Assembly (NCBI GenBank): GCA_964016885.1
Contig: OZ024745.1
Location: 20,584,001-20,648,000, forward strand
Reading direction: 5' to 3'
Origin: Eledone cirrhosa
Lineage: Eukaryota
DNA length: 64,000 nucleotides
The stretch's first letter is position 1; each line of letters begins with the position of its first letter. Shown one piece after another: positions 29,785 to 43,912 of the stretch. Made by a program: the position numbers and the translations under genes. Below the pieces are notes generated by a model. That model made no database searches and was not told the DNA's origin. It saw nothing but the letters and a program-made list of their open reading frames with translations.

Positions 29785-29985
29785 TAAGAAAAACCCCAGA
29801 CCCTCCATCTCAACTCACCTTTTGAAAAGCAGAAGAACTGCGAAACCGGTAAAGGAACCAAATAAATATATATACTATTTTAAACAATAAGATTCCAGTT
29901 GCATTTTCGATTTCATCTTGTTTTCTTTATACTTTCACTCGTGTAGGACACCTCGGTTATTTTTCATTTTGTAAAAAAACCTCAC

Positions 29986-29992
<7 letters not shown>
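29782..29992 (+). mobile_element. Family B mini-element (~210 bp) between microsatellites
   Basis: Homologous to 7662-7780, 8653-8790, 32258-32395, 61639-61965, 62069-62175. Confidence 0.8.
29818..29855 (+). ncRNA. Hammerhead with U3-A8 core (family B)
   Basis: CCTT-TTGAAAA-GCAG aagaa CTGC-GAA-ACCGGT-A-AAGG, then AAATAAA. Confidence 0.8.
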
Positions 29993-30035
<43 letters not shown>

Positions 30036-30119
30036 ATATTTATTTATTAAAATAAGAGATTAAAGATTAAGCAAAGAATCGCTGCTTTCACCCTTAACGG
30101 TGTTCAAATTTATTATTAT

Positions 30120-30155
<36 letters not shown>

Positions 30156-30231
30156 TAGCTTTTGAAACGACAAGAGCTCAGCAGTCGTGTCCCGACACTT
30201 TATAGTAATTATATATGTATATATATATATG

Positions 30232-30792
<561 letters not shown>

Positions 30793-30800
30793 TATATATG

Positions 30801-31392
30801 TATTGGTGCTCTGAAATAGCGATGTATATATGAATGTAAGTATTGCATATTTAATGATATACTGTATTTTTATTTAGAAACATTTTGAAGGCCTTTCGCT
30901 ATGAATTTTTAAGTAGTGACTAACGTCACGTACCTAGTCTCGGCAAAAGCAAAGGGGAGTAATCGACCGTCAAAGTTTCTCACTTGTAAGTGGTTGTCAA
31001 GACTACATATCTCTTCGCTTCTGCCGAGAGCTTTAGAAGCTGGATTCTTATAGAATTCCAGTTATGTTTATATTATCAAATAGGCAATACGCGCATTCAT
31101 ATATACATCGTTATTTCAAAGCACCAATACTAATTTCTAATTTTTGCTGGGCCGTTAACTGCTCTGTATGTTAATGAGTTTAAACAGGTTCTAAAACTCT
31201 TACAAGTGAGAAAAAGTTACCGTCGATTACTCCCCTTTGCTTTTGTCGAGACTAGATACGTGACGTTAGTCACTACTTAAAACTTCATAGCGAAAGTCCT
31301 TCAAAATGTTTCTAAACAAACATACAGTATATCATTAAATATGCAATACTTAGATATATATACATCGCTATTTCAGAGCACCAATACTAATG
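30801..31392. mobile_element. Family E retrozyme-like element: minus copy, then an inverted tandem copy
   Basis: 30801-30990 is the inverse of 31199-31390; GCACCAATACTAAT at ~31121 and ~31378. Confidence 0.75.
30938..31029 (-). ncRNA. Extended type I hammerhead, U3-A8 core (family E)
   Basis: Minus: TCTCGGCAGAAGCGAAGAG..TAGTC-TTGACAA-cCACTT ac AAGTGa-GAA-ACT ttgac GGT-C-GATTA..CTTTGCTTTTGCCGAGA; GUC site. Confidence 0.75.
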
Positions 31393-31520
31393 TATATATA
31401 TACCTTCTCTCCCGGCTTTCGTCGAAAAGAAGTGACATAGTCACTACTTTAAAACTGATAGCGTATGGTCTTCTAAATGTTTTTAATTAAACATACGGTA
31501 TATTGCCAAATATACTATAC

Positions 31521-31575
<55 letters not shown>

Positions 31576-31750
31576 AAAATGTATGACCCCGACGGCAGAG
31601 CTCAAGCCGTTACAACGGCTATTTCAGTCCAGAGCTCTGCCGTCGGGGTCATACTTTTTCCTATTACCCACTCTACTACCCTAAGTATTGAGTACTCTGT
31701 TGCGTTATGGTCCATCTGGTTCCTTATCACAATTCCTTCGTTATATATAT

Positions 31751-32262
<512 letters not shown>

Positions 32263-32323
32263 AAAACAGATGAAATCGAAAATGCAACTGGAGTCTATTT
32301 TTTAAAAATATATTTATTTGGTT

Positions 32324-32361
32324 CCTTTACCGGTTTCGCAGCTCTCGTGCTTTTCAAAAGT
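32324..32361 (-). ncRNA. Family B hammerhead (U3-A8)
   Basis: Minus: ACTT-TTGAAAA-GCA cgagagc TGC-GAA-ACCGGT-A-AAGG. Confidence 0.75.
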
Positions 32362-32447
32362 AGAATTGAGATGGAGGGTTTGTGGTTTTTCCCATATATA
32401 TGTATATATGCATATATATATGTGTATATATATATATATATGTATGG

Positions 32448-32552
<105 letters not shown>

Positions 32553-32829
32553 CAAAACGTAGTATGTATATAGCTATGAATATAATAAATAAAAGAAAGG
32601 AGGAGAAATATAGTATGATTGGTGAAAGAGGGGGTTAGAGAAAATGGGGAATATGAATAAAAGAGAGAGAGAGAGAAGAAGAAGAAGAAGAAGAAGAAGA
32701 AGAAGAAGAAGAAGAAGAAGAAGAAGAAGAAGAAGAAGAAGAAGAATGATATAGAGAAAGAATGATATAGAGAAATATATATTGCGGTTCCAACTTCGAT
32801 ATATACATATTATTACTATACAAATACAT

Positions 32830-32860
<31 letters not shown>

Positions 32861-32962
32861 ATCTGTGTGTGTGTATTTGCGTGTGCGTGCGTGTGTGTGT
32901 GTGTCTCTATACATATATACATACACACACGCATATATATATATATATATATACATACATAC

Positions 32963-33071
<109 letters not shown>

Positions 33072-33395
33072 ATAATAAAATATATACATGAAAAAAGTTA
33101 AATTAGAGGAAAGTCGGAGTGAAATGAGGGGTGAAAAGAGAAAAACATTGAGAAAATATCACAAAAATAAAAACCAAATATAAATAGAAAAAGTTTGAGA
33201 AGATGGAGAGGTATAAAAATAAATAAAAGAGAAGGGAAAATGTGAGAAGAGAGAAATAATAGCCCTGTAAAATTTCAAGTTATAACCTACTCTAGAGAAT
33301 AACATCATTTTTGTTGTCAGCTAGTTACTAGCAAGTAGGAAATTACATTGCACAAGTAAAGAAAAAATACACAACTTCACATATACATAAATAAT

Positions 33396-33513
<118 letters not shown>

Positions 33514-33518
33514 GTATG

Positions 33519-33731
<213 letters not shown>

Positions 33732-33927
33732 ATATGTATATATATAAATATATATATACATAAATACACACACAGATATATGTATATATATATATATATT
33801 GATATTTATATACATATATATACACTCAAATACACTAAAATCGAATCATAAAAATGTTATAAAACGATAAACGTTAGCCACCCAAGCCATACACCACGTA
33901 AGAAAATAAGCATAATACATGGGAATA

Positions 33928-33986
<59 letters not shown>

Positions 33987-34002
33987 TATATATACAATTA
34001 TA

Positions 34003-34058
<56 letters not shown>

Positions 34059-34126
34059 TTTTATTTATTTATTTATTGTTTTTTTATGATTTTCCTTTAA
34101 TCATAACCAGTACCACCACCACCACT

Positions 34127-34280
<154 letters not shown>

Positions 34281-34559
34281 GACTGATTTTGTATAATAAT
34301 CGCAATGTGAAATGGCTGTTAAATAGCTATAATTTTGTTACTTCATATATAAGGAAGTTTACGGTCATTTTGATAGTGGTTACGACCAGCTTTGGTAACT
34401 GAAAAACTCCGACGTCTTTTAAGAGTAATAAAACGTTAAATAATCCCCTGTCTAAATTATAAGAGCGATAGGTCATTGCTGAACATTTATATGCTCAGAC
34501 TCCTCAAAAATAAACACTTCTCTACTAAATGCGTTACATCGATCCTCAGAAGAATATTT

Positions 34560-34806
34560 ATCTTCTTTTAACGATCTACAAGATCCCAGTTCTCATTCGC
34601 TTACAGAGTGGGTTGGGATTCGTCAAATCGAACAAAGAGGACAATGTTTCCACTGGTTTATCCATTGCTGATACTATCTACCTGTTGCAGCTCTTGTCAA
34701 AAATATCAACGTGAACTAAAATGTCTTGCTGAAGGACATACCGCATCGCCCGGAACTCGCAACCTCACGGCTGTGAATCCAACTCTCTGACCACTAAGCC
34801 ACGCGC
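34560..34806 (-). mobile_element. CORE-type SINE
   Basis: AATGTCTTGCTGAAGGACATACC...CCACTAAGCCACGCGC (reverse tRNA head). Confidence 0.7.
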
Positions 34807-34842
34807 TTTTTTTGTATGTATATTTGCTGCATATAAATAACA

Positions 34843-35760
34843 ATGGGGCGTAGGGAGTTATGGATAGAGATAGCACCTTGTCTGGCAGCTGCACTCTACT
34901 TACGTCGTGGAACGGACAGACAAAATAGCTTCTCATCCACCACCTAAATCTTTCATGTGCTGGGTTCTAGCCCCACACCCCAGTACACCGCTTCAGCTGG
35001 CGGGCTAAACTACGTGAGGAGTGGTGTTACACTGCACCACTGAGTCGAGGATCTGCACATCACAGCCAACGGCCAAGGTGGAAGAAATCGATCTTTAACT
35101 CAACGGCCACGTGTAAAGGAGTAAATCATACAAACCTGCTGTAGAGTCTCCCCCCTCTACAGAACGCCTACTTTCCATTCATCTTAGTACTGCTGCAAGC
35201 CCTGTCAACATCATTAGTCTATGCTTCCACCCTCATCTCGTCAGAGAAACTTGGCGATCTTGTCTGGGATGCCCAGAAGATGAGTCCCTATTTCTGCTGG
35301 ATGACTTCAATGCACTGAAAAACCTATGAGAATCGTTAGAGACTACTGGAACAGTGCACATACAATGAACTCTGCGTCACAAACCCCTTCTTTAAGAGCA
35401 AACCACAACACAAAGTGTCATGTAGGCATCCCAGATCTGGCACCAACCTGACCTGATCATCACCAGACACTCAGCTCTCAACAGTGTCCTTGTTACCTGA
35501 ATCTACAACATTACAGACTGTGATACCAGCCCTCCCCCCTCCTGTCAGCTGAAAGTTGCGCTTAGAACCCCGCACACCATACCGCTCCAAGCAAAATGGC
35601 CACTCTTGTATCAACACTGCATATATATTTGTTCTTTTCAAGATGAAAGAATATATATCTACCCTGAACCAACCTCTCCAGTACTTGCCAGATAATGACG
35701 TCTCAACGAAATGGGACACTATGAAGGATACCATTTACAGTTCAACTATATCCACAGCAG
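34843..35760 (+). pseudogene. Degenerate RTE-clade LINE 5' part (APE endonuclease)
   Basis: Fragments translate to VYASTL, LLDDFNA, ELCVTNPFFKSKPQHKVSCRHPRSG, DLIITR, DCDT. Confidence 0.75.
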
Positions 35761-36131
35761 AAATAATACGAGGTTCCTTATGTTATAGTACTCGATCTAA
35801 TTCCTCCAGTGGCTATAGATTACAAGAGGTCTCTATCAACATGCATAAACATAGATAAATATATTCAGTTCTGTTCTTACTGTGAAACATTAAGAAACAA
35901 CGCTGTGGAGGTTTGGGGGATACGAAATACCAAACGTTACGTGTGGAACTATATCAACAAAACTATGTTACAAACGTAATTATGATATGCCAACGAGGGA
36001 GCCACTCATACGTTTTCTCTCGAATCGCTAAAAATACCAGCCAAATCTCATAAACATCACATCATTCCACTATGAAAAAGAGAAGGATATAGTGGATAAT
36101 ATAGTATTATATATATGTAATATTACACATT

Positions 36132-36339
36132 TACGAGGGTTGGCTGAGACGTTCATAAGCTGACCAAGATACTCTCATGGAATTACCAAAAGAGGTTTAT
36201 TTTTCAACATAGTCCCTAGAAAGAAACAATGCAGTTATTAATATGAAGAGCAGAAATTAATACGTGCAATATTTCACAGCTCAACTTCTAGCATCAATCC
36301 TTCACAGTGAGCCTATAGACTTTTCAACCGACCCTCGTA
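36132..36339. mobile_element. Mariner-type MITE with TIRs and TA TSD
   Basis: TACGAGGGTTGGCTGA..GTTCATA / CTATAGACTTTTCAACCGACCCTCGTA. Confidence 0.85.
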
Positions 36340-36514
36340 TAAAGGACATGTTTTATAATGTACATTATACATTGGAAAAAGGGCAAAACAACAACAATTA
36401 CTTCTTTCGAGTTAGGTAATAAAGATAGATTCTTTAAAATGTTGGGGTGATTAACATGGAAAAAAAAAAAAAAGAATAAGAATAATTTACGCAAATTGTG
36501 AATATTCAACAAAA

Positions 36515-36705
36515 TAATTGTTTCTACTTTTTTGGCACAAGGCCAGCAATTACCCAGTACATTACTGGTACTTTATTTTATCGACCCCGTAAGGATGAAA
36601 GGCAAAGTTAACCTCGGTGGGATTTGAACTCAGAATGGCAAGGGCCGTAACTCTATGCGTCAAAGCATGGCGTCCAACCTTCTACCGATACTGCCAATTC
36701 ACCGC
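36515..36705 (-). mobile_element. Nin/Deu-domain SINE, young subfamily
   Basis: Near-identical reverse complement of 37853-38040. Confidence 0.85.
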
Positions 36706-36959
36706 ACAATATTCAGCAAAATAATGTTCTACCAGAAAACAAAAATACTTTGATGACATAGTCAGTCTGGAGTTTGGGAAGAGTAATATATATATATTAC
36801 CTTTGAAAGCAAAGAAGCAAGTTCTCGGGATGTGGAGGGGAGAGGGAGGGGGGGGGGGCAGTTTTCATTGCTGCAGCAGTAATACATCAAAGGACAAAAC
36901 AACACGATGGTTCTGAAAATGAAATGATTAAACTATTTTCATAAAAATGTTCTGACTTG

Positions 36960-37392
36960 ATTTGTGGGTAATGACCGAAAGAATACGATCACGAACACAA
37001 ACCGCCGAAATGGGGTTCCTCCGAAGGATCTTTGGAGTAACGTTACTCAATAGAGTATGTAGCTCGGAGATCAGAGAGTCACTCCAGGTTGAGCCAGTAC
37101 TTCTCCGAGCTGAGAGATCACATCTCCGATACTACGGACATGTGGTTAGAATGTCTCAGGAAAGAATCGCTGGACAGATTTTACTGGTAAACCAACTGAC
37201 AGGAGATACAGGTGTAGACCCTGAGCAAGATGGTTGGATGACATCCATGACCTTGGCTGGTCTCGCTTGGGGATCCAACCGGATCAGTTGGAGACAGTTG
37301 CTTGTGACAGGACCCACTGGAAGGAGTGTTTGAGGAATCTGCCCTTCATGACCCTCTCAGGAATAAGTGGGTGAAGAAGAAGAGCAGAAGAT
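36960..37392 (+). mobile_element. 3' end of RTE-clade LINE
   Basis: WVMTERIRSRTQTAEMGFLRRIFGVTLLNRV..EIRESLQVEP..HLRYYGHVVRM; (GAA)n tail; possible TSD TTCTGACTT. Confidence 0.85.
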
Positions 37393-37852
37393 ATTCTGAC
37401 TTCTTCTTCAGAGAATTGGTACTTTCTAGGTCTTATTGATTGGCAGATCAATAAACTAGATAAATGGTGCTGCCATTCCTCTTTTAGGCTTCAATGTCAG
37501 TAACCTTGTAGTACTTGATAGAATGTTACTAATAACTACTTTCATAAGTGTTTGTCTCAAGACCACTACAGCCGAGATTACGATGTGATGTTCAACTGAT
37601 ATAAATATACTATTTGTATATATCCATTTAAATTTGGTGACAATGGATTACATCACTGGAATTTACAGTGATTACATTTCATATAACATCAGCAAAGTAG
37701 CTGTAATCTAGCTGTAAGTAATAAGATATTTCATCAATATCTTCAGCATCTGGTAGTACTACACATAATCTATTAAATAGAGCCATTTATAAGTTGCATA
37801 AGAAATTATTTTTGTGTAATGATAAATAGTAACATTATGTTACATATATTAG

Positions 37853-38040
37853 GCGGTGGATTGGCAGTATCGGTAGAGGGTCGGACGCCATGCTTTGACG
37901 CATAGAGTTACGGTCCTTGCCATTCTGAGTTCAAATCCCGCCGAGGTTAACTTTGCCTTTCATCCTTACGGGGTCGATAAAATAAAGTACCAGTAATGCA
38001 CTGGGTAATTGCTGGCCTTGTGCCAAAAGTAGAAACAATT
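37853..38040 (+). mobile_element. Nin/Deu-domain SINE, full length (further diverged copies at ~38400-38810)
   Basis: GGCGGTGGATTGGCAGTATCGGTAG (A-box), GAGTTCAAATCCC (B-box), CTTTCATCCTTACGGGGTCGATAAAATAAAGTACCAG. Confidence 0.85.
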
Positions 38041-38122
38041 ATGTTATATATATTACATTCAACTAGGCTGTTCACATGACTGGCAAATTACATGCAGCTG
38101 TTTGATATTTACAGCGCGTAGA

Positions 38123-38302
38123 AATATGTGTTACCTTTTGCATGAATATGTGTTACCTTTTGCATGAATATGTGTTACCTTTTGCATGAATATGTGTTAC
38201 CTTTTGCATGAATATGTGTTACCTTTTGCATGAATATGTGTTACCTTTTGCATGAATATGTGTTACCTTTTGCATGAATATGTGTTACCTTTTGTATGAA
38301 TA
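38123..38302. repeat. 22-bp minisatellite, ~8 copies
   Basis: Unit ATATGTGTTACCTTTTGCATGA. Confidence 0.95.
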
Positions 38303-38849
38303 TAAAAGGGAGAATATTTTTTTTTGTTTCAGGTTCATAATTTTCTATATAAAATTCGTTGAAGCTCGAAGATTTCAAACATCAAATGTGTTTACTGATT
38401 GGCAACATCTGTTGAGCGTCGAACAACATGCTTTGTGCCATATACTGACACCCCTTTACGCTCTGAGTTCAAATCCCGCCTAGATTAGCTTTGTCTTTCT
38501 TCTTTAAGAGGGTCGATAAAATACAGTACCAGTAACGCACTAGGGTCGAGTTAATCTACTTTCCTCTTTTCTCCAAATTGTTGGCTTTGTACCTAAATCC
38601 GAAACAGTTATAGCAGTGGATATTCTTACAACTTCGGTCACAATACCTTGCGGTATTTAGTTACGACTTTATACGTTCAAATCCTGTCGAGGTCCACTTT
38701 GCCTTTCATCCTTTCGGGATCGATGAAATAAAGTACCAGTTAAGTACTGGGGTAGTTATAACTGACTCCTTCTCTCCCAAATTGCTGACCTTGTACCAAT
38801 TTGATAAATAATTATGTCAAGCAAATATAGCCTCTATGATATTCAAACA

Positions 38850-39835
38850 GTAAACTATGACTCCATGGAGTTAATACTATGGTTTGTTTTATTCTGATAC
38901 TGAAGTCACTAGAACTAGTTATCATTTACAATGGCGAAACCTTACTGTGTATATAAATTCTGTTGCCACTGATTTAAACATACTATTTGTAGAAGAACCG
39001 TTGAGTGATAAGAGGGTTCTTAAATTTGAAAGTTAGAAACATCAACGTTTCACTATGAAAAATAAATGGGCATAAAAACCCTAGAGATGGAAAGAAAACT
39101 GTACAATACGGCCCGGGTGGGGCTGTACAGATCATTCCAATCTGCAGGGTTTGTATACTCAACTTCTAAAACTATCTTTTCATAGTCAAATAACGTTGAT
39201 GCTTCTAACTCTCAAATTCAAAACACTGGTTTAAACGTGTTTATTTAAACTTGTTTATTGTAGAAGTTTATGAAAAATCCCTTCTATTTATTTTTTATAT
39301 AATATCAGTTACACACAGAACAGAATATTTTACACCGTGTTAGAAGAATTGGTTGAATATTGCTTATAATGATATATCATATTTAATGGAAAGACATAAA
39401 TATAAGAAGGAAACTCCATTTGCTTGTCCTGCTAGAAATTGGAGCTAAATGTCTCCCTCAAATCATACCCTTCTGATTTAAATAAGAAAAAGATATATAA
39501 TGTAATTCGATATAATCTTAAAGACACAGAATGATCAGAACTGGAATGTCTTTGATCTCCTCTCTGTTCGATCTTAATTGATCTGGGGTGAAACAACACA
39601 ACCCAGCAACAAAGAAAGAGTGGAGTAAAGTAAAATGTCCATTGAGCAGAATCCAATAACAGTTTCCAATTTCTGATTGTAGATATTGCCTTTTATTTTG
39701 TCTCTAGCACCATTGAAAAACATAGATTTATCAAAGTCTAGAGGTTTCGCCATTGTAATTGATTAAAATGTGATAGTGTGGTTATATCAGAAATCAGTAA
39801 GTTAAATCGTGATGTCGGTACCATAGAGTACAGTT
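38850..39835. mobile_element. Old fold-back/MITE-like element with nested inverted repeats, interrupted by a SINE fragment
   Basis: TACAATGGCGAAACCT (38928) is the inverse of AGGTTTCGCCATTGTA (~39741); inner arms 39017-39064 / 39173-39222. Confidence 0.55.
39425..39603 (+). mobile_element. SINE-like fragment ending in a (CAA) tail (family also at ~2745 and ~36020)
   Basis: CTGCTAGAAAT...CTCCCTCAAATCATACCCT...GATCTGGGGTGAAACAACACAAC. Confidence 0.6.
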
Positions 39836-40285
39836 AACTTTGAGATATATGGATATGTTTGAAATTTTGCCAGTAACACGTTCATAAGTTTCTAAGACAT
39901 TGCACCAATGATTGAAATATATGTATGGTATCGAAGGAAGAAGCCATGTGTAATGTATTTCAAAAGGTGCTGAACTTATAAATCTGGATGTTTGAACGAT
40001 GTTTTGTTTTTTAGTTACTCTTTAGTCATGTCGAAACAGTGGTCCCTTAAACTTCATATTATAAAGAATTTTTCCGATATGGGAGATTCACACATTTCAA
40101 TAAACATCCATTTGATGAAGGATTAAAAATTAGCATTAACCATGGGAAACGACATTTATTTCTGTTGACATTTATCAAAATATGTCCCAATAATATAAAA
40201 TAAAATTGTGATTTTTAAAATTTTTTACAAGATATGAAAGTGAAATTACATGGTTTATATTTATAATCACAAGACCACATACTTA

Positions 40286-40411
40286 TACGAGGGAAGGCTA
40301 AAAGGTTCATGAAGGAGTGGTGCTAAAACTGTGAATTCTTGCATGCATTAATTTCAACTCTTCTTATTTATAACTGCAGTGTTTCTTTCCAGGAACTATG
40401 TTGAAAAATAA
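40286..40411. mobile_element. Partial mariner MITE
   Basis: TACGAGGGAAGGCTAAAAGGTTCAT TIR plus internal homology to 36132. Confidence 0.7.
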
Positions 40412-41994
40412 AGGAGTCTGGAAGCTGGTTGTGTAATATAATTGACGTTCTCAAGGTTATCAGTGGTGGGAGAAAAATGAATGAATTTCAATCAGAAATC
40501 GAATCCAGCTAGAATATTCGGCAGTATGAGCATGTATTAGACATTTAAGAAAGATCCAATAGAGATAGCGGCAAAATAATTCGACTGAAACTTAGTAAAT
40601 CGCAGAAGGTACATAATAACATCATTACACGAGGAATTTAGAAATAATGGAAGAAATCTTTCCATGATTTAAAACAATCAATACTTCAAGATTGCAGACA
40701 GAAGCATAAGGCCTATCATTACACAGCATAAGGCCTTCTATCATTACACAGACACTGTTCTCTATTGAATTTAATATATTCAGGTTCATTATACCAAATA
40801 TAACCCATTAATTTACACTAGTTTTGTTGTGAGAGGTATAGTCTGTCGTAGTTACAGGACAGTCACGTGCATCTTTCGATCAACCTGTACTTTAAATTAT
40901 CGAAACGAAAAGTGGAAAATTCCCGTAGTTTTAATGCTGAATAGACATTTGAATCCAGCTAAAATTCCATCTCAGAAAACTTACAACATTCTCCTGAATC
41001 CTGTTAAATATATGCATCTGTAATGTTCATCTAATCTTGTGTTACTGGATTTATTTTTCAAATACATGTAAGTATACAATACTTGTATATATACAATACA
41101 TGTATGTATACAATACATGTATGTATACAATACATGTATGTATACAATACGTGTATATATCCAAGCCCAACATTGTAAAAGGTCGCAGGAGAAAAGAGTC
41201 AATCTGAAACTAATACAAAAGAAAAATATCACCAAATTTCTATTACTAAAACATCGCAACAATTTCATAACAGCTTGAATAACATTTTGGTGATAATATG
41301 TTGTAAAATCAACTTGTGATGTGAATCAATAGATTATTGCTCAATATTATTGTAAATGTAATGTTGGATCGATACCTATACGAATGGCTTATTGAATTAC
41401 GCGTCTTTATATTCTGTGTTCAAATCTCACTAACATTTATATTGTATTCCATCCTTTCAGGGTCAATTAGAATTAGAACCTAATCAAGTAATGTGTGTGA
41501 CAGCTCACCCCTATGCAGGTTTAGCTGGCCTCCTCCAAGGTATATCTCGTTGGAAGTGTCTTGGGTGATTTAATGATAGGGACCTCAGTCCTATCATCTC
41601 ATTTCTACAGCTGAGTAAACTGGACAACGTGAAATAAAGTGTCTTGCTCAATGAAACAACACATCACCCGGTCCGAGAATTGCACTCACAACCTTTCGAA
41701 TGCAAGCCCAATGATCTAACTACTTAGCCATGCGCCTTCACCTCAAGTAATGGAGTCGATAGAATCGATTATAACTTACTACAAAATGTGTTTATGTTGA
41801 TAGCTACTATAATTCAGTGACATTTCAGGCATTGCACACATACCCTTTATAGGCCCTCGCAGATTGATGATATCTAGCTTAATGCAAAGGTTTAGGTCTA
41901 ACATAATGCAAAGGAAATTAAGGCATGATATTCTACTTCTAGAGAGTAAAGTCTAAATAAGGAGATGTTGATATATCTTCAAGACGAAATAGAT

Positions 41995-43533
41995 ACAATG
42001 TAAAGTTTTAGTTTAGATGTTGTCTTCCTGTTTCTTCTACAACTACAACGGTACGCGATGGGGCCCACCCACAGCCCCGGCGGACAGAATGGAGAAGGCG
42101 TTTCCACGGAGGACGGAGAGGGAGACGCGCTGGAAGAGCCACTCCAACTCGCGGGGCTCACACCTGCGGCTGGCCAGCTCAGTGCCTATGGTGGTGAGTA
42201 AGGAGGTAGCCCTGGGGCCGAGGACACCAGAAGTCTCCACTGCCAGGGGTACGACCGCAAACCTGTCGGAGAGCGACCGGTATTTGAGGCGTTTGGCCCC
42301 CTCAGCCCGACGTGCAGCAGAACCTGGGTCAGTCGCAGATTGCACCAGGTTTCGGCTGTAGAAAGTGTTGGTGCAAGTTGCATCCCAGACGAGGGGTTTG
42401 CCACCGCAGAACGGGAAGTTGGTCATGCCATCTGGCCTTTTGCCGTCTTCTCGATACAGCTCCACCGGCTCGAGCTGGGAAGGCAAGCCTGCAGCGTCCA
42501 AGCCATGCTTAATGACCTCGTTGAGGGCAGCAGGGCGTGGAATGGGTCCGGCACTGTGACGACAGAAAAGCGGGTGGAGGCCGAAAGAGTCCACGGTGGA
42601 ACCGCAGCGACATGGGTGTGGCTGGCAGATCCGGAGGCCGAGCAGCAGGGAAACGCCGATGCGCAGGCTATGGTTGTCAAGCTGCGTGCCAGTGGAAAAG
42701 GAGGGCAGGTCATGGAGCCAGGCATCACTCTGGGGTTTGGAGGCCGCACGAAAACAAGCAAGGCGGTGCTGGTCGAGCTGGCGCGTGAGCCTGTCTGAGG
42801 CCAGTCTGCACTGGAAGGCATCCCAAGTGCGTTGGGGGGACTTGACGTCAACAGGGGGAGAAGGAGGAGGGACGTCTGCTGGGCTAAGTCCACTCTGTCC
42901 CACGTCTCACATGCGGCATCACGTTCTCTGAACACAGAGGGTTCTGTTGTGTTTTGAAGAATCCTGCTGACGAGGACGCGGCACGAGGTTACCGACGAAA
43001 GATACGCCGGCAAAGCTAGTGAGATCGGGGACCGGAGGCCAAGGCCGCCATACCTGACAGGTAAAATGGCCTGTTGCCACCCTATGTCGTCAAACTTGAC
43101 ATTACATATCTCCTCGGCTGCTGCTCGGATACAAGTATCGAGGTCAGCGAGGAGAGATGTCTGGGTGTAGCATGGAGCGCTGCGGAGTGTATGGAGGAGT
43201 TTCGGCATGGCGAAGCAGTTCCTCAGCAGAAAGAGAGCTGGGTGGCCGTCAATCAAGCCCAGTCGGCTCGTGAGAGGCTGGAGCTGTTGAAGCCTAGACC
43301 TGATGGTGGAGCGGATGGCCGGCGGTTGGATCGGTAACCCGAGGAAGAAGATATACTCTTTCGGGGTTACCTGAACCTGGCGGAGATGGACCGCACGTCC
43401 AAGACGGAGGCTGCAAAGTTCGCAGCATCGAGAGTTTGTAGAGGGAAACATATTATAATTGACGAAAGGAGGAAAGGCGGATTCATCAAGTTGATTTCAA
43501 GGGGAATGGTCAAAGCAGCAGAAAGACCAACAG
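41995..43533 (-). mobile_element. 5'-truncated CRE-clade (restriction-like endonuclease) non-LTR retrotransposon, frameshifted
   Basis: FFLGLPI, HPALFLLRNCFAMPKLLHTLRSAP, LPVRYGGLGLR, CRCG..HPLFC, KRPDG, LVWDATC, AEGAKRLKY, PLAVETSG. Confidence 0.88.
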
Positions 43534-43567
<34 letters not shown>

Positions 43568-43623
43568 TACATATATATAACATATACATATATATATACA
43601 TATATATACATATATATACATAC

Positions 43624-43706
<83 letters not shown>

Positions 43707-43912
43707 ACATATATATATGATGGCTGCCCCCTCGTTATCGAGTATGGCCATTGCACGAGGAGAAAAAAAAAAAAATAATAATAATAATAATAAATAAATA
43801 AAAAGAAAAAAAAAGAAGAAATATATATATATACATATACATATACATACACATACACATACACACACACACTCACACACGCATATACACACACACATAC
43901 ATTAATAACAAT

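Noticed and set aside
30060-30115. HHR-like TTGAAC-ACC..GGT-GAAA on the minus strand
   Set aside because: Core one base short and no stem I/III pairing
37400-37800. Possible host exon in unique-looking sequence
   Set aside because: Only short open frames; no recognisable domain or convincing splice pair
37853-37945. tRNA gene
   Set aside because: A/B boxes belong to a SINE head; no cloverleaf; followed by a SINE body
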